Assembly (NCBI GenBank): GCA_963797975.1
Contig: CAWCRH010000003.1
Span: forward strand, 71,099-135,098
Direction: 5' to 3'
DNA: 64,000 nt
DNA from: an uncultured Thermoplasmata archaeon
GTDB lineage: Archaea > Thermoplasmatota > Thermoplasmata > Lutacidiplasmatales > UBA184
Position numbers and translations under genes: made by a program. The stretch's first letter is position 1. Every line of letters begins with the position of its first letter. Positions 29,403 through 39,029 of the stretch are shown one piece after another. Below the pieces are notes generated by a model. It had not been told where the DNA came from, did not search any database, and worked only from the letters and a program-made list of their open reading frames with translations.

Positions 29403-31169
29403 GTGAGGCGCGAGACGCTCTTCTGGCTCGGCGCGGCGGGGGCGCTGGTCGTCTTCCTCTCCTTAGAGCCCTACCTCTCCTTCTCGCTCTTCGGCTCGGA
29501 TTCGGGCGAATACTACCGCCTGACCAGCGCCCTCGTGACGACCGGCCACCTCCCGACGGGGGCCGCCTACCTTGGGTGGGGGACCGCGTACCCGGACTTC
29601 CCGGGGATCTTCTTGCTCGCCGGCGCAGGGGCGGAGGGGTTCGGCCTCAGCACCTTCGACGCCCTGACGATCATCATCCCGGTCGTCGCCGCGCTCTCGT
29701 TCTTTCCGCTCTTCCTTCTCTTCCGCCGGCTCTTCCCCCACGAGGAGGTCGCGCTCCTCGGGGCCGCCTTCGCCGCCGTGATGATGCCCCGGGTCTTCTC
29801 GATCGCCCACCCCGCGCCGCTCGCGCTGGGGGATTTCCTGTGCGTAGCCGCGCTCTGGATGTTCGTCGAGGGGCGCCGCGACCAACGATGGTACCTCCCG
29901 CTCGGCCTCACGGCGGCCGCGCTCATCGTGACCCACCACCTGTCTACGTTCTTCTTCGTACTCAGCGCGCTCGGCGGGCTGTTGCTGCTGGAGCTGTGGA
30001 GGCCCGGGCTTTGGAGCCGCCGATTCCCCACCCGCGAGCTCGTCATAATCGCCGGGGTTTCCACCGCCACTCTCGTCTACTGGTTCTACGGCACTCAGTC
30101 GTTCGTCGCCACCGTGCTCGAGCCCGGACTGGGGGGGAGTGCTCTGGCCGGATTCCTTCCGCTCGAAGCGGGCGTCCTCCTCGCGGTCGTGTTGGTCGGG
30201 CTGATCGTCAAGCTTCGCCGAGGCGCCTTCCGCCCTCGCCGCGCGTGGGTTAGGTTACCGACCGACCGTAGCCTCATCCGTGACTTCGCCATCCTCTTCG
30301 CGCTCATCTTCGGAGGTATCGCGGTAGTGGTGTTCGTTCCGCTTCCCGGAACGAGCCAGTTGACCACGCCCGCCGCGATACTGTGGTTCACACCGGTGTT
30401 CCTGGTCGGCATCCTGACCGCAGGGAGCCGGCGGACGCCCACCGTGGCCCGCCTCGGACCGTTCAGTCTCACGTGGACCGCGGCTCTTGGGGTGGGCGCG
30501 GCGGTGACGTTGTTGGTGACCTACCTTGCGGGCTCCTCCTCGATTGTGGAGGCGATCCCCGCCTCGCGGTACGTCGAGTACATCCTCATCCCGGTCGGGC
30601 TCATGGGCGCTATCGGCGCCGCCCGTCTCGTGGCACGCGCGGGCGACCGTGGGGGCCGACGGGCGTTCATCGCCGCCTCGACGGCGGTCATCGTGCTCGT
30701 CGCGGCGAACGCCGCGATCGTCTACCCGCCTCAAACGGACTTCGGTGGGTTCCAGGAGGGTTACACGGTCGCGGACTCCGGGATGTGGATGTGGGCGGGT
30801 ACGGCAGGGTCAGGGATCCCCTTTAACCAAACGGTCGCGACCGACCACCGGCTGAGCTCGGCCTTCTTCGGGTTCGACGGGAACCGAGCCACGTGGGACA
30901 GTACGCCCGCCCTCTTCACGGGGTCCAACTGGACGCAGGCCGAGGCGGAGCTCCGTAGCTCCGCCGCACCGCACGCCGACTACCCGATCTCCTACGTGGT
31001 CATCGACTCGGTCATGTACGCGGGGGTTGCCCTGAACCCCGCGGGCGCTGCCCTCCCCTTGAGCTCCGCCGCGATCGAGTGGTTCTCCGGGCTCCCGTTC
31101 GTCCCCGTGTATGAGAACGGCCCGAACGTCATCTACCTCGTCGACTCGTCGACCCTCTCCGACGGGTAG
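29403..31169 (+). CDS. Multi-pass membrane protein, possibly GT-C-fold glycosyltransferase-like
   Basis: More than 10 hydrophobic segments, D..EYY after TM1, HHLS motif, soluble C-terminal domain ending VYENG...IY. Confidence 0.65.
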   Translation: MRRETLFWLGAAGALVVFLSLEPYLSFSLFGSDSGEYYRLTSALVTTGHLPTGAAYLGWGTAYPDFPGIFLLAGAGAEGFGLSTFDALTIIIPVVAALSFFPLFLLFRRLFPHEEVALLGAAFAAVMMPRVFSIAHPAPLALGDFLCVAALWMFVEGRRDQRWYLPLGLTAAALIVTHHLSTFFFVLSALGGLLLLELWRPGLWSRRFPTRELVIIAGVSTATLVYWFYGTQSFVATVLEPGLGGSALAGFLPLEAGVLLAVVLVGLIVKLRRGAFRPRRAWVRLPTDRSLIRDFAILFALIFGGIAVVVFVPLPGTSQLTTPAAILWFTPVFLVGILTAGSRRTPTVARLGPFSLTWTAALGVGAAVTLLVTYLAGSSSIVEAIPASRYVEYILIPVGLMGAIGAARLVARAGDRGGRRAFIAASTAVIVLVAANAAIVYPPQTDFGGFQEGYTVADSGMWMWAGTAGSGIPFNQTVATDHRLSSAFFGFDGNRATWDSTPALFTGSNWTQAEAELRSSAAPHADYPISYVVIDSVMYAGVALNPAGAALPLSSAAIEWFSGLPFVPVYENGPNVIYLVDSSTLSDG

Positions 31170-31876
31170 GGCGAAACGGTCCCGTCCGGGTCCCAGCGCA
31201 GAAGCGGGCACGTGCCATGGGCGGCGAGGAAGCGCAGCGACCGGTCGGCCCACTCGAGCTTGCGCCTTTTCCGCTCGCGGGACGCCGGGTCGGTGAGGTC
31301 GATCGTTCGGAAGTCGAATCCCCAGAGCAGGATTCGTGTGGCCCCGGTCTCGCCGGCGAGGTAGGCGGCTCGATCCCCATCCGTGAACCCACCGACGTCG
31401 AACAGAATGTCGGTCGGAGGGCCCGCCCAGGAGCCGGCGAGCTCGCCGGAGAACTGGCCCACCCACTCCTCGAGCTGGGGGATGTTGTCCCCGTGGGCGT
31501 GCACGACCGTGAAGCTTCCCTTGCGGTTCGCAGTCACTTCGGAAGGGATCGGCCCGTCCAGGTCGGTCACGATCACGTCCGGGACGAGACCCGCCTCGAG
31601 ACAGATGGCCGACGCGCCGTCGGCGGCCACGAGCGTCGGGGGGCGAGAGGAGGGAGGGAGCCTCCATATCGGAGGGGGGCCGACCCGCGGGGCCCGTCCG
31701 ACCACGATGGCATCGCTCCCGGCGAGCCGACGTCCGATACGACCGAGGGGGTCGACCCTGGCGGCGGGGGGCAATAGCTCGCTCAGCCGACGGGCGGCGG
31801 CCTCCTCTCGAGCGAAGTCGAAGCCGAACGCTCGTCGGATCATCTCGTACTGAGGGGCCCAGAGCGTGTACTCCAC
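31133..31876 (-). CDS. mptE: 6-hydroxymethyl-7,8-dihydropterin pyrophosphokinase (DUF115)
   Basis: W.P.Y..I...[42 protein letters not shown]. Confidence 0.88.
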   Translation of the reverse strand: MEYTLWAPQYEMIRRAFGFDFAREEAAARRLSELLPPAARVDPLGRIGRRLAGSDAIVVGRAPRVGPPPIWRLPPSSRPPTLVAADGASAICLEAGLVPDVIVTDLDGPIPSEVTANRKGSFTVVHAHGDNIPQLEEWVGQFSGELAGSWAGPPTDILFDVGGFTDGDRAAYLAGETGATRILLWGFDFRTIDLTDPASRERKRRKLEWADRSLRFLAAHGTCPLLRWDPDGTVSPYPSERVDESTR

Positions 31877-31906
31877 GGCGAAGTCTATCGGAAATCGAAC
31901 AATTCC

Positions 31907-31912
31907 TTATAA
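31907..31912. promoter_or_regulatory. Palindromic TTATAA TATA box between divergent mptE and ftsZ
   Basis: About 27-31 bp from both start codons, which fits leaderless divergent transcription. Confidence 0.5.
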
Positions 31913-31938
31913 GTGGGCCTTGGCTCTCCGCCCCCGTG

Positions 31939-33051
31939 ATGTCCGATAGCATGCGCCCGCTCGCAAGGGAGATCCTGTCGCACCTGCCGCCGGAGGCGCA
32001 GAGCCCCGCCGCCTCGCATGCCCCCGACGAAGACCGCGAGCTCGAGGAGCTTCTCGCTTCGTTGCACACGAACATCAAGATCGTCGGCTGCGGTGGCGGT
32101 GGCTCGAACACCATCAACCGTCTGAGCGAGGACGGTCTCGCCGACGCCGAAACGATCGCGTGCAACACGGACGCGCAGCACCTCCTCACGGTTCACGCGA
32201 ACCGCAAGGTCCTCCTCGGCCGGCGCCTCACCCGAGGACTGGGCGCGGGCGCGATCCCCGACATCGGCGAGCGGGCGGCTATGGAGGCCCACGACGACCT
32301 GAAGGCGCTCCTCAAGGACAGTGACATGATCTTCATCACGCTCGGTCTCGGGGGAGGGACCGGAACCGGCGCCGCGCCGGTCGTCGCGCAAGCGGCCCGG
32401 GAGGCGGGAGGCGACCCGCTGACGATCGCCGTCTGCACGCTCCCGTTCACCTCGGAAGGGTTGGTCCGCGCGGAGAACGCGGTCCAGGGGCTCGAGAAGC
32501 TACGCGCGACCGTCGACACCGTCATCACGATCCCGAACGACCGCCTCCTCGAGCTCGTGCCCAGACTTCCCGTGCAAGCCGCCTTCAAGGTCGCCGACTC
32601 GGTCCTCGCCCGCGCCATCCGCGGCATCACCGAGGTCATCACCCGTCCGGGGCTCGTCAACCTCGACTTCAATGACCTACGCACGATCATGAAGGGGGGC
32701 GGAGTGGCCCTCATCGGCTATGGCGAGTCCGAAAGCGACAACCGCGCCGAGGACGCGGTCAACGAGGCGATCCAATCGCCGCTGCTCCGGGTCGACATCA
32801 CGGGTGCGAGCGGAGCGCTCGTCAATGTCACGGGGGGCCCGGATATGACGGTCGCCGAGGCGGCGAAGGCCGCCGAGGTCGTTCAGAAGGTCGTTTCCCC
32901 GAGCGCCCGGATCATTTGGGGCGCTACGATCGACCCTACCATGCAGCACACGATCCGCGTGATGCTGGTAGTCACCGGCGTTAAATCCCCCCAGATTTTC
33001 GGGGCGCTCTCCCAAGGGTTGATCTCCGCGGAGATCGACCGGGTCCGATAA
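31939..33051 (+). CDS. ftsZ: Cell division protein FtsZ
   Basis: [22 protein letters not shown] tubulin signature, NLDFND. Confidence 0.98.
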   Translation: MSDSMRPLAREILSHLPPEAQSPAASHAPDEDRELEELLASLHTNIKIVGCGGGGSNTINRLSEDGLADAETIACNTDAQHLLTVHANRKVLLGRRLTRGLGAGAIPDIGERAAMEAHDDLKALLKDSDMIFITLGLGGGTGTGAAPVVAQAAREAGGDPLTIAVCTLPFTSEGLVRAENAVQGLEKLRATVDTVITIPNDRLLELVPRLPVQAAFKVADSVLARAIRGITEVITRPGLVNLDFNDLRTIMKGGGVALIGYGESESDNRAEDAVNEAIQSPLLRVDITGASGALVNVTGGPDMTVAEAAKAAEVVQKVVSPSARIIWGATIDPTMQHTIRVMLVVTGVKSPQIFGALSQGLISAEIDRVR

Positions 33052-33063
33052 CCAGGAAGCGAT

Positions 33064-33309
33064 ATGCCGATCATCGACCGCGCCCAGAAGATCCAGGATG
33101 AGTTCGACGGCCGGCTCAAGCACGTTGGCCACGGGCGCTTCGGCCGGATCCTTCGCATGGCGCGTAAGCCGACCCACGATGAGTACGTCCGGGTGCTCCA
33201 GATCACGTTCATCGGTGCGTTCATCATCGGGATCACCGGATTCGCGATGTACATCTTCTTCTCGCAGGTCGCCCCCTGGCTCTGGGCGAACTACCTCGGC
33301 GGACTGTAG
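33064..33309 (+). CDS. secE: Protein translocase SecE/Sec61-gamma
   Basis: RILRMARKPT.DEY followed by one TM segment; lies between ftsZ and spt5. Confidence 0.92.
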   Translation: MPIIDRAQKIQDEFDGRLKHVGHGRFGRILRMARKPTHDEYVRVLQITFIGAFIIGITGFAMYIFFSQVAPWLWANYLGGL

Positions 33310-33336
33310 CGAGCGCTCCGAAGGCGAAGGATCCGA

Positions 33337-34341
33337 ATGGCACACGTCCCACCGTCCGAGGAGGAGGGGATCGGCCTTATTGGGCCGCCGACCCCGGCCG
33401 CACCCACGCCCTCGGTGACCGCCCCGGTGAAGAGAGCCCCGATCGCGCCGACGCCCTCCGCTCCGAGCGCTCCGTCTCGGCCCCCGCCCGCAAGCCAACT
33501 CACGCTCCGGGCGGCCGACGACACGGTGCGGCCCGTCACGGCTGGGACGATCACGACGCTGAGCGCGGTCCTTTCGAGCGCGAAGGGCGAGGGCGGCGCA
33601 TGCGAGTTGACGATCGAGGTCGGCTACACGTCCACCTATCCGGGGGAGGGGGCCGAGTGGCCCGTGCGGTGGGTCCCTCCGGGTAAGCGCACTGCGGTCG
33701 AGCTCTTTGCGCGGCGGCAGACAGCCGAGGTCGCGATCCCTCCGGGGGGCGCGGTAGCACTTTCCTTTGAGATCACCGCCCCCGTCGGCGTCCGCTATGG
33801 GGACCGAGTCGAGGTCCGTCTCGCGGCGAAGGGGGAGGAAGGGGGAGCGCCGGCCCGGCTCATGCTCGCCTGCGTGGCTCGCCAGTCGCTCCTCGCGATC
33901 AAGACCTCTCGCGGTTACGAGCGCGAGGTCGCCGACACGCTCTTGGCGCGGACGGACGAGAAGCCGGACGTCGTCTTCGCGATGCTCGTGCCCTCGTCAC
34001 TACGCGGGTACGTCTTCGCCGAGGGGATGAGCTTCGAAGGCGTCCATGAGATGCTCAAGGGGATCCGCAAGGCCCGCGGGCTCGTGGCCGGTGAGACCAC
34101 CTTGAAGGAGGTCGAACCCCTGCTCGTCCCGAAGATCACGGTCGAAGGGTTCGTCGAGGGCGCAATCGTCGAGCTCATCAGCGGGCCGTTCAAGGGTGAG
34201 AAGGCCCGCGTCAAGAAGATCGACCAAGCGAAGGAGGAGATCACGGTCGAGCTCATCGAGGCCGTCGTGCCGATCCCCGTGACGGTGCGCGGCGATCACG
34301 TGCGTATGTTGGAGAAGGGAGGGAGCCACAGTGGCGGATGA
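33337..34341 (+). CDS. spt5: Transcription elongation factor Spt5 with a ~180-aa N-terminal extension
   Basis: NGN domain AIKT..GYE..VA, LRGYVFAE; KOW domain VELISGPFKGEKARV, EITVEL.EA.VPIPVTV. Confidence 0.92.
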   Translation: MAHVPPSEEEGIGLIGPPTPAAPTPSVTAPVKRAPIAPTPSAPSAPSRPPPASQLTLRAADDTVRPVTAGTITTLSAVLSSAKGEGGACELTIEVGYTSTYPGEGAEWPVRWVPPGKRTAVELFARRQTAEVAIPPGGAVALSFEITAPVGVRYGDRVEVRLAAKGEEGGAPARLMLACVARQSLLAIKTSRGYEREVADTLLARTDEKPDVVFAMLVPSSLRGYVFAEGMSFEGVHEMLKGIRKARGLVAGETTLKEVEPLLVPKITVEGFVEGAIVELISGPFKGEKARVKKIDQAKEEITVELIEAVVPIPVTVRGDHVRMLEKGGSHSGG

Positions 34342-34804
34342 GGTGAGTGTCCTCGTGGAGGGCGGCAAAGCATCGGCCGGGCCGCCGCTAGGCCCGGCGC
34401 TGGGGCCGCTCGGCGTGAACGTGGGCCTGGTCGTCGCCCAGATCAATCAGGAGACCAAGCAATTCGCCGGGATGCGGGTGCCCGTCATCGTCAAGGTCAA
34501 TCCCCAGACGCGGGCGTTCACCCTCGTGGTCGGACGGCCGCCCGTGGCCGCGCTCCTTTTGAAGGAGGCGGGCAAGGAGAAGGGCTCCGGTAAGCCCAAG
34601 ACCGAGACCGCCGGTAACGTGACCATGGATTCCGTGCGGAAGATTGCGGAGGCCAAGGGGGACGACCTTTTCGGCCGTTCCGCGGACCAGAGGATGAACC
34701 AAGTGATCGGAACGTGCGTTTCGCTCGGGCTGACCGTGGACGGAGAGGACCCGCGCGAGGTCCTTCACCGCCGGACCGCGCCGGTGAACGGAGGCGGCGC
34801 ATGA
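34331..34804 (+). CDS. rpl11: 50S ribosomal protein L11
   Basis: GGKASAGPPLGPALGPLG, GTC.SLG.TVDG. Confidence 0.96.
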   Translation: MADEVSVLVEGGKASAGPPLGPALGPLGVNVGLVVAQINQETKQFAGMRVPVIVKVNPQTRAFTLVVGRPPVAALLLKEAGKEKGSGKPKTETAGNVTMDSVRKIAEAKGDDLFGRSADQRMNQVIGTCVSLGLTVDGEDPREVLHRRTAPVNGGGA

Positions 34805-35103
34805 TGGGCGGTCCCGGCGGACCCCCGCCGGACCTCTCGAACGCCGAGATCGTCGACTATGAGACGATGGAGGGAGACGGACGCCTCCGCCTCAAGCTCA
34901 AGGATGGCTCGGTGATCGAAGTGCGGCTCGAGATCATGAACATCCTAAGGGCGGGCAACGACCCGACGACCGGGCTGCCGAGCTACATCGTCCAGTCGGC
35001 ACCGCTGACGCGCCTCGTCGAGTGCCCCAAGGAGCTTCGTAAGCCTCCGCTTCGCCCCGGAGCTCCGAGCAAGGACTCGAAGTCGCTCCCCGGGTTCGGC
35101 TAG
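34801..35103 (+). CDS. Hypothetical protein translationally coupled to rpl11
   Basis: ATGA overlap with the rpl11 stop, SD GGAGG upstream; beta-rich pattern LKLKDGSVIEVRL...DP.TGLP.Y.VQS. Confidence 0.7.
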   Translation: MMGGPGGPPPDLSNAEIVDYETMEGDGRLRLKLKDGSVIEVRLEIMNILRAGNDPTTGLPSYIVQSAPLTRLVECPKELRKPPLRPGAPSKDSKSLPGFG

Positions 35104-35129
35104 GGTTTCCGCGCCCCTTCGGCGGCGGT

Positions 35130-35158
35130 AGGGGCCCCTCAGCTCGCGGAGGGGCCCC
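35130..35158. terminator. GC-rich inverted repeat between convergent genes
   Basis: GGGGCCCCTC-loop-GAGGGGCCCC. Confidence 0.35.
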
Positions 35159-35170
35159 GAATCGGTTCCT

Positions 35171-35638
35171 CTACTGGACCGGGACCTTGACCTCGGTCGG
35201 GTTGGGCTCCGGGTGCTCCTTCGGCAGTTCGAGCGTCAGCACACCGTTGACGACGGTGGCGGTCGCCTTGGACGCGAGGACGGGCTCGGGCAGCTCGAGC
35301 GCCCGGTAGAACCCCGCATACGTCCGCTCACGGTGGACATACTCGGGCTCCTTCGTCTCGCTCTGCGAGGCGAAATCGCCACGGACCTCGACCTCGTTTC
35401 CCCGGACCGTGATCGCGAGATTCTCCTTCGGGATCCCAGGGACCTCCAGGTGCAGGCGGTAGGTGGAGTCGGTCTCCTCGATGTCGGTCCGAGCCGTGCG
35501 CAGGTAGCCCGACCCCGAGCCGAGGGCCGGCGACGGGACCCCAGAGGCCCCAAACACTTGCCGGCGAACCGCCTCGAAAGCGCGGTCGATCTCGTTCCAT
35601 GGGTAGACATTCTCTTCGGTCGTGATTTCGTTCGTCAT
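35171..35638 (-). CDS. Small heat shock protein (Hsp20/alpha-crystallin)
   Basis: DIEET...Y...LEVPGI.KE.L.I, ER.Y..FYR.LELP, A...NGVLTLELPK, C-terminal VPV. Confidence 0.93.
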   Translation of the reverse strand: MTNEITTEENVYPWNEIDRAFEAVRRQVFGASGVPSPALGSGSGYLRTARTDIEETDSTYRLHLEVPGIPKENLAITVRGNEVEVRGDFASQSETKEPEYVHRERTYAGFYRALELPEPVLASKATATVVNGVLTLELPKEHPEPNPTEVKVPVQ

Positions 35639-35901
35639 GCTCCCTCTTGGTATTCCAACAATGGTTTGTTTGCACTTATATATTAATATTGCTTATATCT
35701 GTTCCCGGCCTGGGGTACAGGAATGGGTTCCCCCGCACCCCGACCCAGGGGTTTCGGGGGAACTGATTCCCGTACTCCAGATACAGCTGGTTCCAGCCTG
35801 CGATCGGCGGGTCCCTGCTCCAGTGACGGGTGTGCCACCGTTCCGATTTCTGCCCTAGGACCCGGCAAGACCTTTAGGGGACGCCGCTCATCCAGCGGTT
35901 C

Positions 35902-36237
35902 GTGGTCGACCTTCAGGAGACGCCTGCCACCCCGCCCGAAGATTACGGGGGCGACCTTCGCATCGGCTGGCAGATCACCGGTGCCATCCTCGTCGCCGTC
36001 GGGTGGGGTGGCGGTGTCGTCGCGAACTTGGTCGCGCACATTATGGCGCCCTCGTCGGGCCTGACCCTCCTCTGGGTACATGTTTACCCGACGATGGGGG
36101 CGTACTCGCTCGCGATCCTGGGGATGGGACTCTTTGCTGGCTTGTTCGGCGTGGTGCTCTGGATCCTCGGCCGATCGAGCCCGCGCGGGCCGTTCGTGCT
36201 CCCCGGGTACGACTACTCTACCGAGAATCGCCCTTAG
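35902..36237 (+). CDS. Small two-TM membrane protein
   Basis: Two hydrophobic segments; TTTAGG TATA-like element ~25 bp upstream. Confidence 0.6.
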   Translation: MVDLQETPATPPEDYGGDLRIGWQITGAILVAVGWGGGVVANLVAHIMAPSSGLTLLWVHVYPTMGAYSLAILGMGLFAGLFGVVLWILGRSSPRGPFVLPGYDYSTENRP

Positions 36238-36398
36238 CGTGCCCCTGGGCGGTTTCCCCGGCTCGGGGCGCGGGTCGCCATGCAATCGGTACACACGCGC
36301 TGTCCCGCCGGAAGGCAGCTCGAGCAGAACGGTCGTCCGCACGCGAAGCAGTGGCCGCTCGCGGGTCTCCCGCATCGACTACAGGCTACGACCATCAT
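36234..36398 (-). CDS. 54-aa four-CxxC zinc-finger microprotein (not in the ORF track)
   Basis: Manual translation MMVVACSRCGRPASGHCFACGRPFCSSCLPAGQRVCTDCMATRAPSRGNRPGAR*; starts 10 bp after the phosphatase stop. Confidence 0.75.
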   Translation of the reverse strand: MMVVACSRCGRPASGHCFACGRPFCSSCLPAGQRVCTDCMATRAPSRGNRPGAR

Positions 36399-36408
36399 GG
36401 ACGAGCTC

Positions 36409-37152
36409 CTACGTGGCTCGCGGCAGAATGCCGCTCGCCTTCACTCCTTCGATGAAGCCCCGAACGAAGTTCGCACGGGTGACAAAGCGGGCCGCCTCTC
36501 GGGCGCGACGGCTCGCGGACGGGAAGCTTACGGACCAGCCCGCGCCTCGCAGCATGTCGACGTCGTTGTCTCCATCGCCGAGCACGAGGCATTCGGCGAG
36601 GTCGCGGTCCACCATCCCGAGCGCGCGTTCAACGGCCGCGAGCTTGCCGGCGCCCGGCCCCATGAGATGGATCGCGAAGCCGGTGCTCTCCGCCCGAACC
36701 GGAAGACCGACGAGCGCGCGTTGGATCCGCCGAAGGGAAACGCTCGTGTCCAGGGCGACCTCGCTCTCTCGCCAGCGGTCCGTGAACAGCCGACGTACGG
36801 GGAGCCCCGAGCGGCGCAGGTGCCGGAACGCCCGGAGAGCCAGCGTCGGGTCGGCGAGCCGGAAGACCCGGTCGCCCATATGGCCGGGGTAGTAGAGGAT
36901 CCCGCCGTTCTCCGCCACGATGGGGTCGCGAAGGCCGAGTGACCGGTGAAGGCCGAGGGCGATGGGCAAGACGTTCCCGGTGGCGAGAATGATAGGGATC
37001 CGCCGCCGAGTGAGCGCGTGGATCAGCTCGACCGCCTTGGGGTCGAGCCGCCGTTCCGCATCGGTGAGGGTACCATCCACGTCCGTGACGATGGCGCGGA
37101 GCCGGGGCTTCCCGCTCGCCTCCGGTGCGGAGGCGCGCGGCCGCGGGCTCAT
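36409..37152 (-). CDS. HAD phosphoglycolate phosphatase (TA0175/SPP-like)
   Basis: DVDGTLTD, LATGN, AENGG, K, GDGDNDVDM. Confidence 0.88.
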   Translation of the reverse strand: MSPRPRASAPEASGKPRLRAIVTDVDGTLTDAERRLDPKAVELIHALTRRRIPIILATGNVLPIALGLHRSLGLRDPIVAENGGILYYPGHMGDRVFRLADPTLALRAFRHLRRSGLPVRRLFTDRWRESEVALDTSVSLRRIQRALVGLPVRAESTGFAIHLMGPGAGKLAAVERALGMVDRDLAECLVLGDGDNDVDMLRGAGWSVSFPSASRRAREAARFVTRANFVRGFIEGVKASGILPRAT

Positions 37153-39029
37153 CCGGTCGGCTCCGTTGCAGGATCCCCAGGGACGGCCCGGGCGAGGGCG
37201 GAACGAAGCTCTCGAGCCACCGCTTCTCCGTCGAAACGCCCTCGAGCCTTCTTCATGACGTCCCCCATCAAAGCGGAGAAGGCAGCGCTGCCGCGCGCGC
37301 GGACGAGCTCCGCGTTCTCGCGCAGGATCTCGCGAACGATCGCCTTGAGCTCCTCCGCGCTCATCCCGGCGAGCCCCGACCGCTCGACCGCGACCTCGAT
37401 ATTCGCTGCCCCGTTCAGGAGCTCACGGAGCACCGCGGGGATCCCTTCCTTCGCGAAAGCTCCCGTCTGGTTCGCGGCGAGGAGGCGGTCCAAGGTCGGC
37501 ACGTCGGGTTCGGCCCCGTTCGGTACCTCCTCGAGCGCGAGCGGGAGGTCCTGCGTTAGGAGGCGGGCCACGAGGGTCGCCGGGTAGCCACGACGAGTGA
37601 GCGTTTCGAACCGGGGCGCCTCGCCGGCATTCACGATCTGCCGGACCAGGTCGGTAGGCAGCCCGAACTCCCGTTCGAGCCGTGCTCGGAGCGCCACGGG
37701 GAGCTCCGGGAGCTTGCTCTCGATCTGGCGGAGCTCCTCCGGCGAGACGATGATCGGCGGAACGTCGGTCTCGGGGTACATTCGATGGCGGCCCGATATC
37801 GGCCGCGAATAGCGGCTCCGCCCGTCCGGGAGCGGGTCGCGCGTTTCGCCGGGGATCCCTTCGAGCGCGGCGCCCGCGCGCTCCGCAACCGCGAGGAGCG
37901 CCGCCACGGCCCGGGAACGCGCTGGGTCGGCGACGAGGACGAAGGCATCGTGAGGTCCCAGCGAGAGCGCCTCGCGAACCTGGGTGACATCTTCGGCCGA
38001 GAGGCCGTAGCCCGGGAGCTCGTCCGAATGTAGCAGTCCCTTCAGGCCGACGGCGCGCGCGTAGTCTGCGAGCTCTCGGCCGAGTCGCTCGTCACTTCCT
38101 TCGGGCGATTTGAGCAGGCCGGCAAAGCCGTGCAACGAGAGGCCGAGAACCACGGGGGGCGAGTTCCCCTTAGCGGCGAGGGGGCCACTCCTCACATGAC
38201 GGAGTCGGTCAGAGAGGTCGACCGGGAGCCGGGTCACCGCTCTCGCGTGTCGGGCCTGCAGGGCGTCGCGCACCGCGAGGAGGACCTGCTGCCGCCGGGC
38301 CTCTCCTTCCACGTAGGCCTCGATCAGACGGAGCTCCTGCACTCCTTTGATCTCGATCCGACGACCCCCTTCGATGGAGACGTTGACGTCCTCGCGAATC
38401 GAGCCGATGCCCCGCCGGACCCGGCCGGTGGCTCGCAGCAGGGCGCCGAGCTCTTCCGCGACCTCCCGTGCTTCTCCTCCGCTCTCGATGACCGGCGCGG
38501 TAGCGATCTCGAGGAGCGGGATGCCCAGGCGATCGAGGCGGTAGGTGATCTCACCGGGGGATTCGGCGACCTTGCGCGCTGCGTCCTCTTCGAGGCAGAT
38601 CGACTCGATGGGGTAGCGTCGTCCGCGGATCTCCAGCGCCCCTCCGACGGCAACCAGCGAGGTCCGCTGGAACCCGGATGTGTTCGACCCATCCACGACG
38701 ATCTTGCGCATCACTTCGATCTCATCCACGACGCGAGCACCCAGGAGCCGGGCCACCAGAAGTGCGGTCTCGAGCGCCGCCGGGTCGAGCGGGCGCGGCG
38801 GCTCTTCGTCCATCTCGACCAGGCACGACCCAGATACGACCTCGTAGCGGTAAAGTAGCGCTCGGGCGGCCTGGAAGCTCGCGGCCCGGTCGACCGCGAG
38901 CTCCTCCCCTCCGGCGGCCTCGAGCCGGCGTGCGAACGTAGCGAGCGTTTCCTCGGAGAGCTCGCACGGGCAGCGACAGAACAGTTTGCCGGTGGAGAGC
39001 TGCTGATGCACCTCGAGCCCAGCCTTCAC
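37149..39029 (-). CDS. gatE: Glu-tRNA(Gln) amidotransferase subunit E
   Basis: GLEVHQQL..GKLFC.CP, MRKIVVDGSNTSGFQRT, LEEDAA, RMYPETDVP. Confidence 0.97.
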   Translation of the reverse strand: MKAGLEVHQQLSTGKLFCRCPCELSEETLATFARRLEAAGGEELAVDRAASFQAARALLYRYEVVSGSCLVEMDEEPPRPLDPAALETALLVARLLGARVVDEIEVMRKIVVDGSNTSGFQRTSLVAVGGALEIRGRRYPIESICLEEDAARKVAESPGEITYRLDRLGIPLLEIATAPVIESGGEAREVAEELGALLRATGRVRRGIGSIREDVNVSIEGGRRIEIKGVQELRLIEAYVEGEARRQQVLLAVRDALQARHARAVTRLPVDLSDRLRHVRSGPLAAKGNSPPVVLGLSLHGFAGLLKSPEGSDERLGRELADYARAVGLKGLLHSDELPGYGLSAEDVTQVREALSLGPHDAFVLVADPARSRAVAALLAVAERAGAALEGIPGETRDPLPDGRSRYSRPISGRHRMYPETDVPPIIVSPEELRQIESKLPELPVALRARLEREFGLPTDLVRQIVNAGEAPRFETLTRRGYPATLVARLLTQDLPLALEEVPNGAEPDVPTLDRLLAANQTGAFAKEGIPAVLRELLNGAANIEVAVERSGLAGMSAEELKAIVREILRENAELVRARGSAAFSALMGDVMKKARGRFDGEAVARELRSALARAVPGDPATEPTG

